DNA from: Minisyncoccia bacterium
GTDB lineage: Bacteria; Patescibacteriota; Minisyncoccia; Phycocordibacterales; JAKFXT01
Assembly: GCA_041485465.1 (NCBI GenBank)
Contig: JBGPJO010000003.1
Location: 3,705-67,704, forward strand
Direction: 5' to 3'
DNA: 64,000 nucleotides
The position numbers and the translations under genes are program-made. Positions 1 to 8,878 of the stretch are shown in pieces. How positions within the stretch are numbered: position 1 is the stretch's first letter; each line of letters begins with the position of its first letter. The notes under the pieces are model-generated. The model was not told the DNA's origin and did not search any database. It saw nothing but the letters and a program-made list of their open reading frames with translations.

Positions 1-1
1 G

Positions 2-439
2 ACGGATGCCGGCACTCCTGCGATTGCCGATCCCGGTGGGGAGCTTGTGTCGGCGCTTCGAAACATGATGGGGGAGTCACTCTTAGTAATTGCCATTCCC
101 GGGCCAAATGCGGCGATCGCGGCGCTCTCTATTTCTGGTTTTAGAACTTCGGATTTTCTTTTCTTGGGATTTTTGCCCCACAAAAAAGGAAGAGAAACCC
201 TTTTTAAGGAGATCGCCGCCTCAAAACGCACCGTCGTATTTTACGAATCGCCGCATCGTATTTTGAAAACACTCTCTTCACTCGCGCGGGTCTTACCTCC
301 TTCAAAAAAAGTCGGAATCGCTCGCGAACTCACCAAAATCCACGAGCAGTTTATTTCGGGTGACGCAGGAGAGGTTGAAAAATATTTTCTCGAAAATACC
401 GAGAAAGTCCGGGGCGAATTCGTGGTAATCATCGGATAA
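2..439 (+). CDS. rsmI: 16S rRNA (cytidine1402-2'-O)-methyltransferase RsmI, C-terminal part (5' end outside window)
   Basis: Frame is open from the window start (TDAGTPAIADPG...). Tetrapyrrole-methylase-like motifs 'FYESPHR' and 'ARELTKIHEQF' are typical of RsmI. Confidence 0.6.
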   Translation, partial: TDAGTPAIADPGGELVSALRNMMGESLLVIAIPGPNAAIAALSISGFRTSDFLFLGFLPHKKGRETLFKEIAASKRTVVFYESPHRILKTLSSLARVLPPSKKVGIARELTKIHEQFISGDAGEVEKYFLENTEKVRGEFVVIIG

Positions 440-491
440 TTTTTTTATGGAATTTCTTTGAAAAGTAGCTTATACTTTAGCTAAATTTATT

Positions 492-785
492 ATGCCGAAA
501 TATACGCTCACGATCTGCGGTATTCTCATCGCCCTTCTGCCCTTTTCAGGCTTTCCCGGATCATTCAAGGCGCCCGCCTATTTCATTTTAGGCGCGCTTG
601 TCGCCTATCTTGGTTTTGAGGCCAATCGCTTTAAACGAAAGGCATCATCCTTTCGCCGTCATCGGAAGCCGAAAGAGGCAATCAGCATTAAGGTAAACGG
701 TACCGAATCCGCTATTCTAAAAGAAGAACCGCATGTCATTACCAGCCTTATCGAACCGGATGAAGAGCATACGGCGCAGGCTTAG
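492..785 (+). CDS. small hypothetical membrane protein (one TM, basic C-terminus)
   Basis: 97-aa ORF with a hydrophobic N-terminal helix. No recognisable family. Confidence 0.3.
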   Translation: MPKYTLTICGILIALLPFSGFPGSFKAPAYFILGALVAYLGFEANRFKRKASSFRRHRKPKEAISIKVNGTESAILKEEPHVITSLIEPDEEHTAQA

Positions 786-2019
786 GAATTTTACAAAAGA
801 ACGCGGAGTAACCCTCTATGGCGGAACGGTCGTCGTTTTGCTCTTCGGAGTTTTTTCTCTTGCTTATTTTGCTGTCCCGTCTCTCTTTCCACTCTCCTAT
901 ACCTCGCCCCGTGCCGAAGCAACCCAAGCGACGACCGAACCGGAAGCGCCAAAAGTAAAACATCTTTCAACACCGAACCCCCTCAAAGGTATTTATATGA
1001 GTCAGTGCGCGGTAGGCACTCCTTCTTTTCGTGACGGCCTCGTGAAGCTTATCGATGAGACTGACCTTAACGCTGTTGTGATCGACATAAAGGATTACAG
1101 CGGAAAAATTTCATTTCCGACTAATAACCCTCTTCTTAAGAATTCAGTCTCGGGCGCCTGTGGAGCGAAAGACATGAAAGATTTTATCGAGAAGCTCCAT
1201 GAAAAAAATATTTATGTAATAGGGCGGATTACTGTTTTTCAAGATCCCTACTATGCGAAGCTTTATCCTGATCAAGCGGTTCAAAGCCACTCGCATCCGG
1301 GAATGCCATGGAAAGATTACAAAGGACTTTCTTTCGTCGACGTTTCTTCAAGGCCTTACTGGGAGTATGTTACCGCGCTTTCAAAGGAATCCTATAATAT
1401 CGGTTTTGATGAGCTCAATTACGACTATATTCGGTATCCATCGGATGGTCCTATGTCGGACGCAATCTATATCAATCCCGACAAATCAACGACGGTTGAG
1501 GAATTTTGGAAATATCTTTCCTCGAATAAACCAGATAGCGCCGTGATGTCGGCGGATCTTTTCGGTATGACGACCACCAATTACGACGACTTGAACATCG
1601 GTCAGGAACTTGAACGGGCGCTTCCGTATTTCGATTATATTGATCCGATGGTGTACCCTTCACACTACCCAACGGGCTTTATCGGACTTAAAGATCCGAA
1701 TACCGACCCGTACGCTGTCGTCCATTATTCTCTCGAACACGCGGTTGCGCGCACCATTGCGACATCGACCCCTATCCACACGCTTGATGGCGTGCTCATT
1801 GCTTCAACATCACCAAAGCTTTATACGAAAGACGCCTATAATTCTTCTAAAATCAGGCCGTGGCTTCAGGATTTTGACTATGGCAAGGATTATCAGCCCG
1901 TGGACGTCACCCTCCAGATCAAGGCGACAAACGATAATGGTCTCGTCTCATGGCTTTTCTGGGACGCGGCAAATCGCTACAGCGAGCTCAAAGAGGTGCT
2001 TGAAGGAAAAGCACAGTAA
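733..2019 (+). CDS. putative glycoside hydrolase-like TIM-barrel protein (DUF4015/GHL10-like) with N-terminal signal-anchor
   Basis: 428 aa with an N-terminal TM helix (VVVLLFGVFSLAYFAV). Motifs 'VVIDIKDYSGKISF' and 'GFDELNYDYIRYP' are typical of the GH-like family 10/DUF4015. The start may be at 760. Confidence 0.45.
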   Translation: MSLPALSNRMKSIRRRLRNFTKERGVTLYGGTVVVLLFGVFSLAYFAVPSLFPLSYTSPRAEATQATTEPEAPKVKHLSTPNPLKGIYMSQCAVGTPSFRDGLVKLIDETDLNAVVIDIKDYSGKISFPTNNPLLKNSVSGACGAKDMKDFIEKLHEKNIYVIGRITVFQDPYYAKLYPDQAVQSHSHPGMPWKDYKGLSFVDVSSRPYWEYVTALSKESYNIGFDELNYDYIRYPSDGPMSDAIYINPDKSTTVEEFWKYLSSNKPDSAVMSADLFGMTTTNYDDLNIGQELERALPYFDYIDPMVYPSHYPTGFIGLKDPNTDPYAVVHYSLEHAVARTIATSTPIHTLDGVLIASTSPKLYTKDAYNSSKIRPWLQDFDYGKDYQPVDVTLQIKATNDNGLVSWLFWDAANRYSELKEVLEGKAQ

Positions 2020-2027
2020 TTGCTTAA

Positions 2028-2066
2028 CACTTCGGCCTTACAAAAAAGGCCCAAGTGTTTCTTTTT
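2028..2066 (+). terminator. rho-independent terminator-like hairpin after the hydrolase gene
   Basis: A 12-bp stem with 1 mismatch (cacttcggcctt / aaggcccaagtg) and loop acaaaa is followed by tttcttttt. Confidence 0.4.
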
Positions 2067-2105
2067 GAAGACTTTTTAGACTATTTCGACTATACTTTTA
2101 AAGAA

Positions 2106-3983
2106 ATGGCGGATTTTGATGAAAACCGCATAACTTATTTTGCCGTAACTGACACGAGAAATAAACGTGTACTTTTCGGTATCAAAGCAAAAGACAGGAC
2201 AAAACATGTCTATGTGATCGGCAAGACCGGCATGGGCAAATCGACGTTGCTTGAAAATATGGCGATTCAGGATATTCAAAACGGCGAGGGGCTCGCTTTT
2301 ATCGACCCGCACGGAAAATCGGCCGAGGCCCTTCTCGATTACGTGCCGGAGCACAGAATCAAAGACGTACTCTATTTTGCGCCTTTTGACATGGAACACC
2401 CGATTTCCTTTAACGTGATGGAAGATATCGGCGCCGATAAACGACACCTTGTCGTCTCCGGTCTCATGTCTACCTTTAAAAAAATCTGGATCGACGCATG
2501 GAGTGCCCGCATGGAATATATTCTTCAAAACACCCTGCTTGCACTCCTTGAATATCCGGGAGCAACGCTTCTTGGGGTCAATAAAGTGCTTTCCGATAAA
2601 GAGTATCGGAAAAAAGTCGTCGATAATATAAAAGATCCGGCGACGAAATCATTCTGGGTTGACGAATTTGCAAAATACACGGAGCGTTTTGCAGCGGAGG
2701 CCGTTCCCGCCATTCAAAATAAAGTTGGCCAGTTTACTTCAAACCCTCTTATCCGGAATATCATCGGCCAGCCGAAATCAAGCTTTGATCTCCGGAAAAT
2801 AATAGATGAGCGAAAAATTCTTATCATCAATCTTTCCAAAGGGCTTGTCGGTGAGGGGAACGCAAGCCTTCTTGGCGGCATGCTTATCACAAAAATATAT
2901 CTTGCCGCTCTTTCGCGGGCCGATAAGACGGATAGTGTGATGAATAAATTGCCGAATTTTTATCTCTACGTTGATGAGTTCCAATCCTTTGCCAATGAAT
3001 CATTCGCTGATATTCTCTCCGAGGCGAGGAAGTACAAACTTAATCTCACCATGGCCCATCAGTACATTGAGCAAATGGCGGAAGAAGTACGGGCGGCGGT
3101 CTTCGGGAACGTCGGTACAATGATTGCTTTCCGCGTCGGAGCATTTGATGCCGAAGTGCTTGAAAAAGAATTTGCGCCCCAATTTACGATGGAGGATCTT
3201 GTCAACCTCGGCGTCTACCAGGTCTATCTTAAGCTTATGATCGACGGTGTTTCTTCACAGCCATTTTCAGCGACGACCACCCCTCCTATCGAAAAGCCAA
3301 GAATTTCTTATAAAGACGGCGTTATCGCAAACTCGCGAATGATTTTCGGAAGAGCCAGAAAAACCGCTGAAGATGAAATAGTCATTCAGATGATCTCGGG
3401 CGGTAAGCCGCTTATCCCTTCAAATCAAAGCGAGAAAGAAATACCCTTGAATTCTCCGCGAAAAGAAGAATTTCAAAGAAACACCCGCGAACAGTCAAAG
3501 GCTGAAGAGCCCAAGAATCGACAAGAAGACCGAAATCAGAGCGGACTCAAAGCTGCGCTTGCTTCGTTGCTTACGGGGGAAGAACTTCCTCAGCTTAAAA
3601 ACAATCAGGTAAAAAATAATAATACAGGTAGGGTAGAAAATCAGCATCCTAGAGAAAATCCCCCCCGTCCCACATCTGAGACTTTCCGAAGTGTAACAAA
3701 AAATCAGGGGCACAAGGAAACGCAGACTAGTCCTAATAGAAACCATTCGAAAAACAATCAGAAAGATTTCAGGGCCCAAAAGCCTGAGGGTGGACAAACA
3801 CTTAAAGAAGCTCTCAAAGGTATTTTGAAGGATCAAGAACCTTCTCAAAACACAAAAATAAATTCTGGCGAAGAAAGGAAGAGCAATCCTTTACCAGACG
3901 AAAAACAAAAGGCAGAATCTTCGTCAGGAGAAATTCCGGAAGCGGATCTTCGTAAAATGCTTGAAGTGAAAAAACACGAATAG
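2106..3983 (+). CDS. type IV secretion coupling-protein-like ATPase (VirD4/TraD/TraG-D family), soluble, with long low-complexity K/E/N/Q-rich C-terminal tail
   Basis: Walker A 'VIGKTGMGKSTL' and Walker B 'YLYVDEFQSF' with TraD/TrwB-like architecture. No N-terminal TM helices. About 200 C-terminal residues are low-complexity. An alternative GTG start at 2055 overlaps the upstream hairpin. Confidence 0.6.
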   Translation: MADFDENRITYFAVTDTRNKRVLFGIKAKDRTKHVYVIGKTGMGKSTLLENMAIQDIQNGEGLAFIDPHGKSAEALLDYVPEHRIKDVLYFAPFDMEHPISFNVMEDIGADKRHLVVSGLMSTFKKIWIDAWSARMEYILQNTLLALLEYPGATLLGVNKVLSDKEYRKKVVDNIKDPATKSFWVDEFAKYTERFAAEAVPAIQNKVGQFTSNPLIRNIIGQPKSSFDLRKIIDERKILIINLSKGLVGEGNASLLGGMLITKIYLAALSRADKTDSVMNKLPNFYLYVDEFQSFANESFADILSEARKYKLNLTMAHQYIEQMAEEVRAAVFGNVGTMIAFRVGAFDAEVLEKEFAPQFTMEDLVNLGVYQVYLKLMIDGVSSQPFSATTTPPIEKPRISYKDGVIANSRMIFGRARKTAEDEIVIQMISGGKPLIPSNQSEKEIPLNSPRKEEFQRNTREQSKAEEPKNRQEDRNQSGLKAALASLLTGEELPQLKNNQVKNNNTGRVENQHPRENPPRPTSETFRSVTKNQGHKETQTSPNRNHSKNNQKDFRAQKPEGGQTLKEALKGILKDQEPSQNTKINSGEERKSNPLPDEKQKAESSSGEIPEADLRKMLEVKKHE

Positions 3984-4223
3984 ATGTTTCGGTTTCGCTA
4001 CAGTTACTCTTATTCCTCTTTCAAAGACACTTTAAAAACGGAGTTACCAAGAGCTTCGGAAAGCGCCAATGTGGCCTCTTTGTTACCGGAGCCTGAAGCG
4101 GGGGGAAGCATCTCTTACAGGTGGTTTATAGCGCTCGGCGTTCTCATTGTTCTACCTGCCGTTTTAGTATTTATTTTCCCCAGGAAGTCCCATTCCGAGA
4201 CGGGTTTTGAGATTGTCGAATAA
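3984..4223 (+). CDS. small hypothetical membrane protein
   Basis: 79-aa ORF immediately abutting the ATPase stop. It has one TM helix (WFIALGVLIVLPAVLVFIF). Confidence 0.3.
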   Translation: MFRFRYSYSYSSFKDTLKTELPRASESANVASLLPEPEAGGSISYRWFIALGVLIVLPAVLVFIFPRKSHSETGFEIVE

Positions 4224-4276
4224 CTCCTTTGCCTCATATCTCTAGGGGAAGTAAAATTAAAGAGGAGGTGTCGGCC

Positions 4277-4486
4277 ATGAACAGCAATCCGATTCGGCTC
4301 TATGGCGATCCTTTCCGGATTGCCTGGCTTTTCGATCCGTTTATCGCGTTTTGGAATTTTGAGGGGAAGGGTCAAAATTCTCCTCCTCCTAAAGCTTCAA
4401 AGCGGAAACAGAGAAAATCGCCGCCCAAACGGGAAGCAATAATATTGCAATTTCCATCGGGTCGGCCAGTTCAGACGAATTCCTAG
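4277..4486 (+). CDS. hypothetical small protein
   Basis: An ATG lies 8 nt downstream of AGGAGG (4263-4268). The 69-aa protein has a K/R/P-rich C-terminus and is followed by a strong terminator. Confidence 0.35.
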   Translation: MNSNPIRLYGDPFRIAWLFDPFIAFWNFEGKGQNSPPPKASKRKQRKSPPKREAIILQFPSGRPVQTNS

Positions 4487-4520
4487 GGCGGATTTGCATC
4501 TTTGCAAATCCGCCTTTTCT
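4487..4520 (+). terminator. rho-independent terminator
   Basis: Perfect 11-bp stem ggcggatttgc/gcaaatccgcc with a 6-nt loop, followed by TTTTCTT. Confidence 0.6.
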
Positions 4521-4559
4521 TAATAACCTTTATCTTACTTTTTGTGTTTTAGATTTATC

Positions 4560-5441
4560 ATGGCCAAGCAAAAGAAAAAGAAGACCATTCTCGTAACTGG
4601 CGGCGCCGGCTTTATTGGTTCGCATCTTATCGAGGCGCTCCGTAAGAATACGAAAAATAAAATTATTTCTCTTGATAATTACTTTACCGGTAAGAGAGAA
4701 AATCATGTCACAGGGGCGACGTACATTGAAGGCGGAACGAAAGACATCGATCTTCTGGTAAAAATCAAGCCCGATATGGTCTATCATCTTGGCGAGTACG
4801 CTCGGGTCGAGAAAAGTTTTGATGATATGAAAAAGGTGTGGGAATTAAATAAAGAGGGGACTTTTGCCGTACTTGAGTTTTGCCGCCGTCATAATGTTAA
4901 AATTATTTATGCCGGATCAAGCACCAAGTTTGGCGACGGGGGATTAGGAAGAGATCAAAGTCCGTACGCCTGGACAAAGGCAAGCAATACGGAGCTCGTA
5001 AGGAATTATGGCGCGTGGTTTAATGTGCCCTATGCCATCACGTATTTCTACAATGTTTATGGGCCGGGAGAAATTTCGGCAGGGGCGTATGCCACGGTCA
5101 TCGGCATTTTTAAAGAGCAGGTAATCAAAGGAAAGCCGCTTAGTGTCGTTTCCCCCGGTACCCAGAGGAGAAACTTTACTCACGTTGATGACATTGTCCG
5201 CGGCCTCATACTCGCCGGAGAAAGAGGAGAAGGGGATGATTTTGGCCTTGGTTCAAGGGAAAGCTACAGTATCATTCAAATTGCTAAATTTTTCGGTTCG
5301 AACATAAAAATGCTTCCTGAAAGAGCGGGAAATCGCTTGAATTCAAGCATCGATCTTACCCGTGCGGAAAAGGAACTTCATTGGCGGGCCGAAAAAAATA
5401 TTAAAGATTATATTAAAGATTTTAAGGCTTCACTTACCTGA
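4560..5441 (+). CDS. NAD-dependent epimerase/dehydratase (nucleotide-sugar epimerase family)
   Basis: Rossmann motif 'ILVTGGAGFIGSHL' and the SDR-extended family catalytic 'YAWTK'. The ATG at 4560 is preferred over the listed alternative start at 4542. Confidence 0.75.
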   Translation: MAKQKKKKTILVTGGAGFIGSHLIEALRKNTKNKIISLDNYFTGKRENHVTGATYIEGGTKDIDLLVKIKPDMVYHLGEYARVEKSFDDMKKVWELNKEGTFAVLEFCRRHNVKIIYAGSSTKFGDGGLGRDQSPYAWTKASNTELVRNYGAWFNVPYAITYFYNVYGPGEISAGAYATVIGIFKEQVIKGKPLSVVSPGTQRRNFTHVDDIVRGLILAGERGEGDDFGLGSRESYSIIQIAKFFGSNIKMLPERAGNRLNSSIDLTRAEKELHWRAEKNIKDYIKDFKASLT

Positions 5442-5453
5442 ACCTCTAAAACC

Positions 5454-6665
5454 ATGAAGCGCATTCTTATACTTTCTCTTACGTATTACCCGAAGTTTAT
5501 AGGTGGTGCTGAGGTTGCCATAAAAGAAATCACCGATCGGATTGATCCGAATGAGTATTCATTTGATATGGTGACGCTTCGGTTTAATTCAAATCTTCCC
5601 GAAGTCGAGAAAATAGGAAATGTTACGATTCACCGGATCGGCTTTACGGTAGAGGGCGCCACAATCGCCGACCTTGGAAGATTTCCGCTCTTTCTTAATA
5701 AAATTTATTTCCAATTTGCCGGAGCCTTTAAAGCTTTCTCTCTTCACAAAAAAAATTCCTACGATGCTCTCTGGGCCATGATGGCACATTCATCCGGAGT
5801 GCCAGCGGCGATTTTCAAATATCTGGCGCCTAATGTCCCTTATATATTAACGCTTCAAGAGGGCGATCCGACAGATTATATACAAGCGAAAATGCTCCCA
5901 CTGTATCCTTTATTTATTCAGGCGTTTCGAAAAGCGGATATTATTCAAGCGATATCTACTTTTTTAGGGAAATGGAGCAGGGATATGGGTTTCAAGGGAA
6001 ATCTTGAAATTATTCCGAACGGGGTCAACACCAAATTTTTTTCGCAAGAATATTCCGAAGATGACCTTCAGGCACTGGAACAAAAAATTGGTATAAAAGA
6101 AGACGACATATGCCTCATCACTACTTCGCGGCTTGTACAGAAAAACGCCATCAATGATGTCATCGCTTCATTGTCATTTCTACCAAGCTCAATAAAGTTC
6201 TTGATAGTGGGAAGCGGCCCTGATGAAGAAAAACTGCGTCGGTTTGCCAAAGAGAAAGGGGTCGAATCGCGGGTAAAATTTTTGGGATACCAAGGACTTG
6301 GGGAAATTCCGAAATATTTAAAAATATCCGATATCTTCATTCGCCCATCGCTTTCAGAAGGTATGGGCAATTCGTTTGTTGAGGCAATGGCGGCAGGTAT
6401 TCCAATTATTGCGACTCAAGAAGGAGGCATTACTGACTTTCTTTTTGACCCGAAGCGGAACCCCGATAAAAAGTCAACAGGTCGTGCCGTTAATCCTAAA
6501 GATCCCAAGAGCATTGCGGAAGCAGTTGAAAAATATATTCATGACAAAAATACAACTGCTCAGATTATTAAAAATGCGAAGGAATTAATTTTCTCTAAGT
6601 ACGATTGGAATTTGGTAGCGAAGAATATGAAAGAGAGGGTTTTTGACGCGGTAATTAAACGGTGA
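5454..6665 (+). CDS. glycosyltransferase family 4 (GT-B, GT1-type)
   Basis: The C-terminal motif 'EGMGNSFVEAMAAGIPIIAT' is the EX7E-type GT4 signature. Confidence 0.8.
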   Translation: MKRILILSLTYYPKFIGGAEVAIKEITDRIDPNEYSFDMVTLRFNSNLPEVEKIGNVTIHRIGFTVEGATIADLGRFPLFLNKIYFQFAGAFKAFSLHKKNSYDALWAMMAHSSGVPAAIFKYLAPNVPYILTLQEGDPTDYIQAKMLPLYPLFIQAFRKADIIQAISTFLGKWSRDMGFKGNLEIIPNGVNTKFFSQEYSEDDLQALEQKIGIKEDDICLITTSRLVQKNAINDVIASLSFLPSSIKFLIVGSGPDEEKLRRFAKEKGVESRVKFLGYQGLGEIPKYLKISDIFIRPSLSEGMGNSFVEAMAAGIPIIATQEGGITDFLFDPKRNPDKKSTGRAVNPKDPKSIAEAVEKYIHDKNTTAQIIKNAKELIFSKYDWNLVAKNMKERVFDAVIKR

Positions 6666-6745
6666 CATCATGTTTTATATTTCTGTTATAGTAACTGAAG
6701 CAGCGGGTTTTAGAGTGTAAGGAGAAAGCTGCTTTTTCTTTTATC

Positions 6746-7747
6746 GTGAGAATAGTCATTGCAACTGGGGTATTTCCTCCCGATATCGGCGGTCCCGCCC
6801 AATACGCAAAAAATCTTCATGATGAATTTAAGCGGGCGGGACACGAAGTATCGGTCATTTGCTATAGAACCGAACACCGCTTGCCGATCGGCATACGGCA
6901 TTTTTTCTTTTTTTTCAAAGCCTTAGTCTCTCTTTTGGCGGCAGAATATGCAATCGCCATGGATACCTTCAGCGTTGGTGTGCCGACTATTCTTGCCGCG
7001 AGGCTTCTTCGCAAGAAAGTGGTGGTTCGTATTTCAGGTGATTTTTTGTGGGAATCATATGTGGAGCGAAGCGGTAATTTGATTACACTTCAAAAATTTT
7101 ATGAAAAAATTCCGGCGCTTTCCCTCAAAGAAAAACTGGTGTTTCTTTTAACGAAAAAAATTCTTAGTAAAGCTCATAAACTTGTTTTTTCGACTTCATG
7201 GCAAAAAGATATTTTTATGTCTGTGTACGCTTTCCCGAAAGATAAGGCGGCGGTTATTGAAAATTATTTCGGAGTGCACGAAGCAGGGGCTCCGTTTCAA
7301 GAGAAAAATTTTGTCTGGGCAGTTCGCCCGCTTAAACTCAAAAATGGCAGGATGCTCTACCGGGCATTTGGTGAGGCTAAAAAACGCGACCCCTCCCTTG
7401 TGCTTGATGATGGGCGCTACCCGTACGACATTCTTCTTAATCGCATTAAATCCGCCTACGCCGTGATTTTACCCTCAATTTCTGATGTTTCGCCCAATCT
7501 CATCATTGATGCCATTACGCACGGAAAGCCTTTTATCATGACGACGGAAAGCGGTTATTTTGAAAAATTTAAAAATATCGGCCTGTTCGTCAATCCATTC
7601 AGCGAAGAAGATATAACGGAAAAAATTCTAACACTCGCGAATCCTTCACCGTATAATTTTTATAGAGAAAAAGTTGCTGGGTATACTTTTACCCATAGCT
7701 ACAGAGAAATTGTCTCAGAATATCTAAAACTCTATCACACACTATGA
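6746..7747 (+). CDS. glycosyltransferase (GT-B-like), GTG start
   Basis: 333 aa with a GT1-like C-terminal domain. Contains a T6-C-T8 homopolymeric tract at 6901-6915. Confidence 0.55.
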   Translation: MRIVIATGVFPPDIGGPAQYAKNLHDEFKRAGHEVSVICYRTEHRLPIGIRHFFFFFKALVSLLAAEYAIAMDTFSVGVPTILAARLLRKKVVVRISGDFLWESYVERSGNLITLQKFYEKIPALSLKEKLVFLLTKKILSKAHKLVFSTSWQKDIFMSVYAFPKDKAAVIENYFGVHEAGAPFQEKNFVWAVRPLKLKNGRMLYRAFGEAKKRDPSLVLDDGRYPYDILLNRIKSAYAVILPSISDVSPNLIIDAITHGKPFIMTTESGYFEKFKNIGLFVNPFSEEDITEKILTLANPSPYNFYREKVAGYTFTHSYREIVSEYLKLYHTL

Positions 7748-8862
7748 AGGTCATAATAGTCGGCACAGAGAAAAGACTCTTTGAAAAAGGAAGCTCCGCC
7801 CAGGTGCGAATTGCCTCGTATGGGAGCCTTGTCGAGGAGCTTCATGTGATCGCATTCACTCGAAAAATCGATGCTCTGAAGCCTTTAAACCTATCCTCTT
7901 CGGTATGGCTCTACCCCACGAATTCTAAAAGTAGACTTGGTTACATTTTCGATGCAATGCGGATAGGAAAGGCTCTTAAAGAAAGATCTATTTCACTTGT
8001 AAGCGTCCAGGATCCCTTTGAATCGGGCCTTGCTGGTTTCCTTGTCTCTCGTGCTCTCAAAACGAGGTTCCACATTCAGATACACACAGATTTCTTAAGC
8101 CCCTATTTTGCAAAAGGATCTCTCTTGAATCGCCTGAGGGTTACTATTGGGCGGTGGCTCCTGCCTGAGGCCGATTGTGTAAGAGTCGTATCGGAGCGAA
8201 TCAAGAATTCTATTGAAACTGCAGATATAAAGCTCAGGGCTCCAAGTGTTGTTCTGCCAATCTATGTTGAAGGTAATCCATATAAAAAAGAACGAAACGA
8301 TTTTTTAACAAAAGAGTACGGAGAGTTTAAAAGACACGTTTTAATGGTTGGCAGACTAGAGCCAGAAAAGAACTTTTTTCTCGCTCTTCGTGTTTTTAAA
8401 CACGTTGCGGCGAAAGATTCTGACGCGGGGCTTATTATTGTTGGTAGCGGCTCACAAAAAGAAAAATTGTCGCAATACACAAAAGAACTTGGAATTGAAA
8501 AGAAAGTTAAATTTGTTGGTTGGCAAAAAAATATTTCTGATTATTACCTCAGTGCCGCCGTCTTTCTTTCAACTTCAGATTATGAAGGATACGGTATGAC
8601 GTTTATTGAAGCGGCACTTTCCGGACTGCCCATAGTTACCACAGATGTCGGAATAGCTCGCGAACTTTTAGGAGTTGACGGGGCCTTCATTGTTTCTCCT
8701 CAAGATGAACCTGCCCTCACTACATCTTTGGAAGAAACATTACGTAATAGGGAAGAAGTCTTGAAACACGCCCTAAAAGCCCAAAATAATGTTAAGCAAA
8801 TTCTCATAAGTAATGACGAGTATTTAAGACGCTACAAGCTAGTTTGGGAAAAATGTCTGTGA
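7744..8862 (+). CDS. glycosyltransferase family 4
   Basis: Motif 'EGYGMTFIEAALSGLPIVTTDVG'. There is a 4-nt overlap with the upstream gene. Confidence 0.8.
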   Translation: MKVIIVGTEKRLFEKGSSAQVRIASYGSLVEELHVIAFTRKIDALKPLNLSSSVWLYPTNSKSRLGYIFDAMRIGKALKERSISLVSVQDPFESGLAGFLVSRALKTRFHIQIHTDFLSPYFAKGSLLNRLRVTIGRWLLPEADCVRVVSERIKNSIETADIKLRAPSVVLPIYVEGNPYKKERNDFLTKEYGEFKRHVLMVGRLEPEKNFFLALRVFKHVAAKDSDAGLIIVGSGSQKEKLSQYTKELGIEKKVKFVGWQKNISDYYLSAAVFLSTSDYEGYGMTFIEAALSGLPIVTTDVGIARELLGVDGAFIVSPQDEPALTTSLEETLRNREEVLKHALKAQNNVKQILISNDEYLRRYKLVWEKCL

Positions 8863-8878
8863 TAAAGTAACCGCGCAC

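Noticed and set aside
440-491. Possible promoter between rsmI and the small membrane ORF
   Set aside because: TTGAAA- and TATACT-like hexamers are present, but the spacing is about 7 nt, which is incompatible with a sigma70 promoter.
1610-2068. 152-aa ORF in alternative frame within the hydrolase gene
   Set aside because: It lies entirely inside the 428-aa hydrolase-like CDS, has an Arg/Ser/Leu-rich low-complexity translation, and has no RBS.
3400-3983. Possible tandem nucleotide repeats in the ATPase tail region
   Set aside because: The amino-acid sequence is low-complexity, but I see no exact tandem DNA repeat unit. It is treated as a compositionally biased protein tail.
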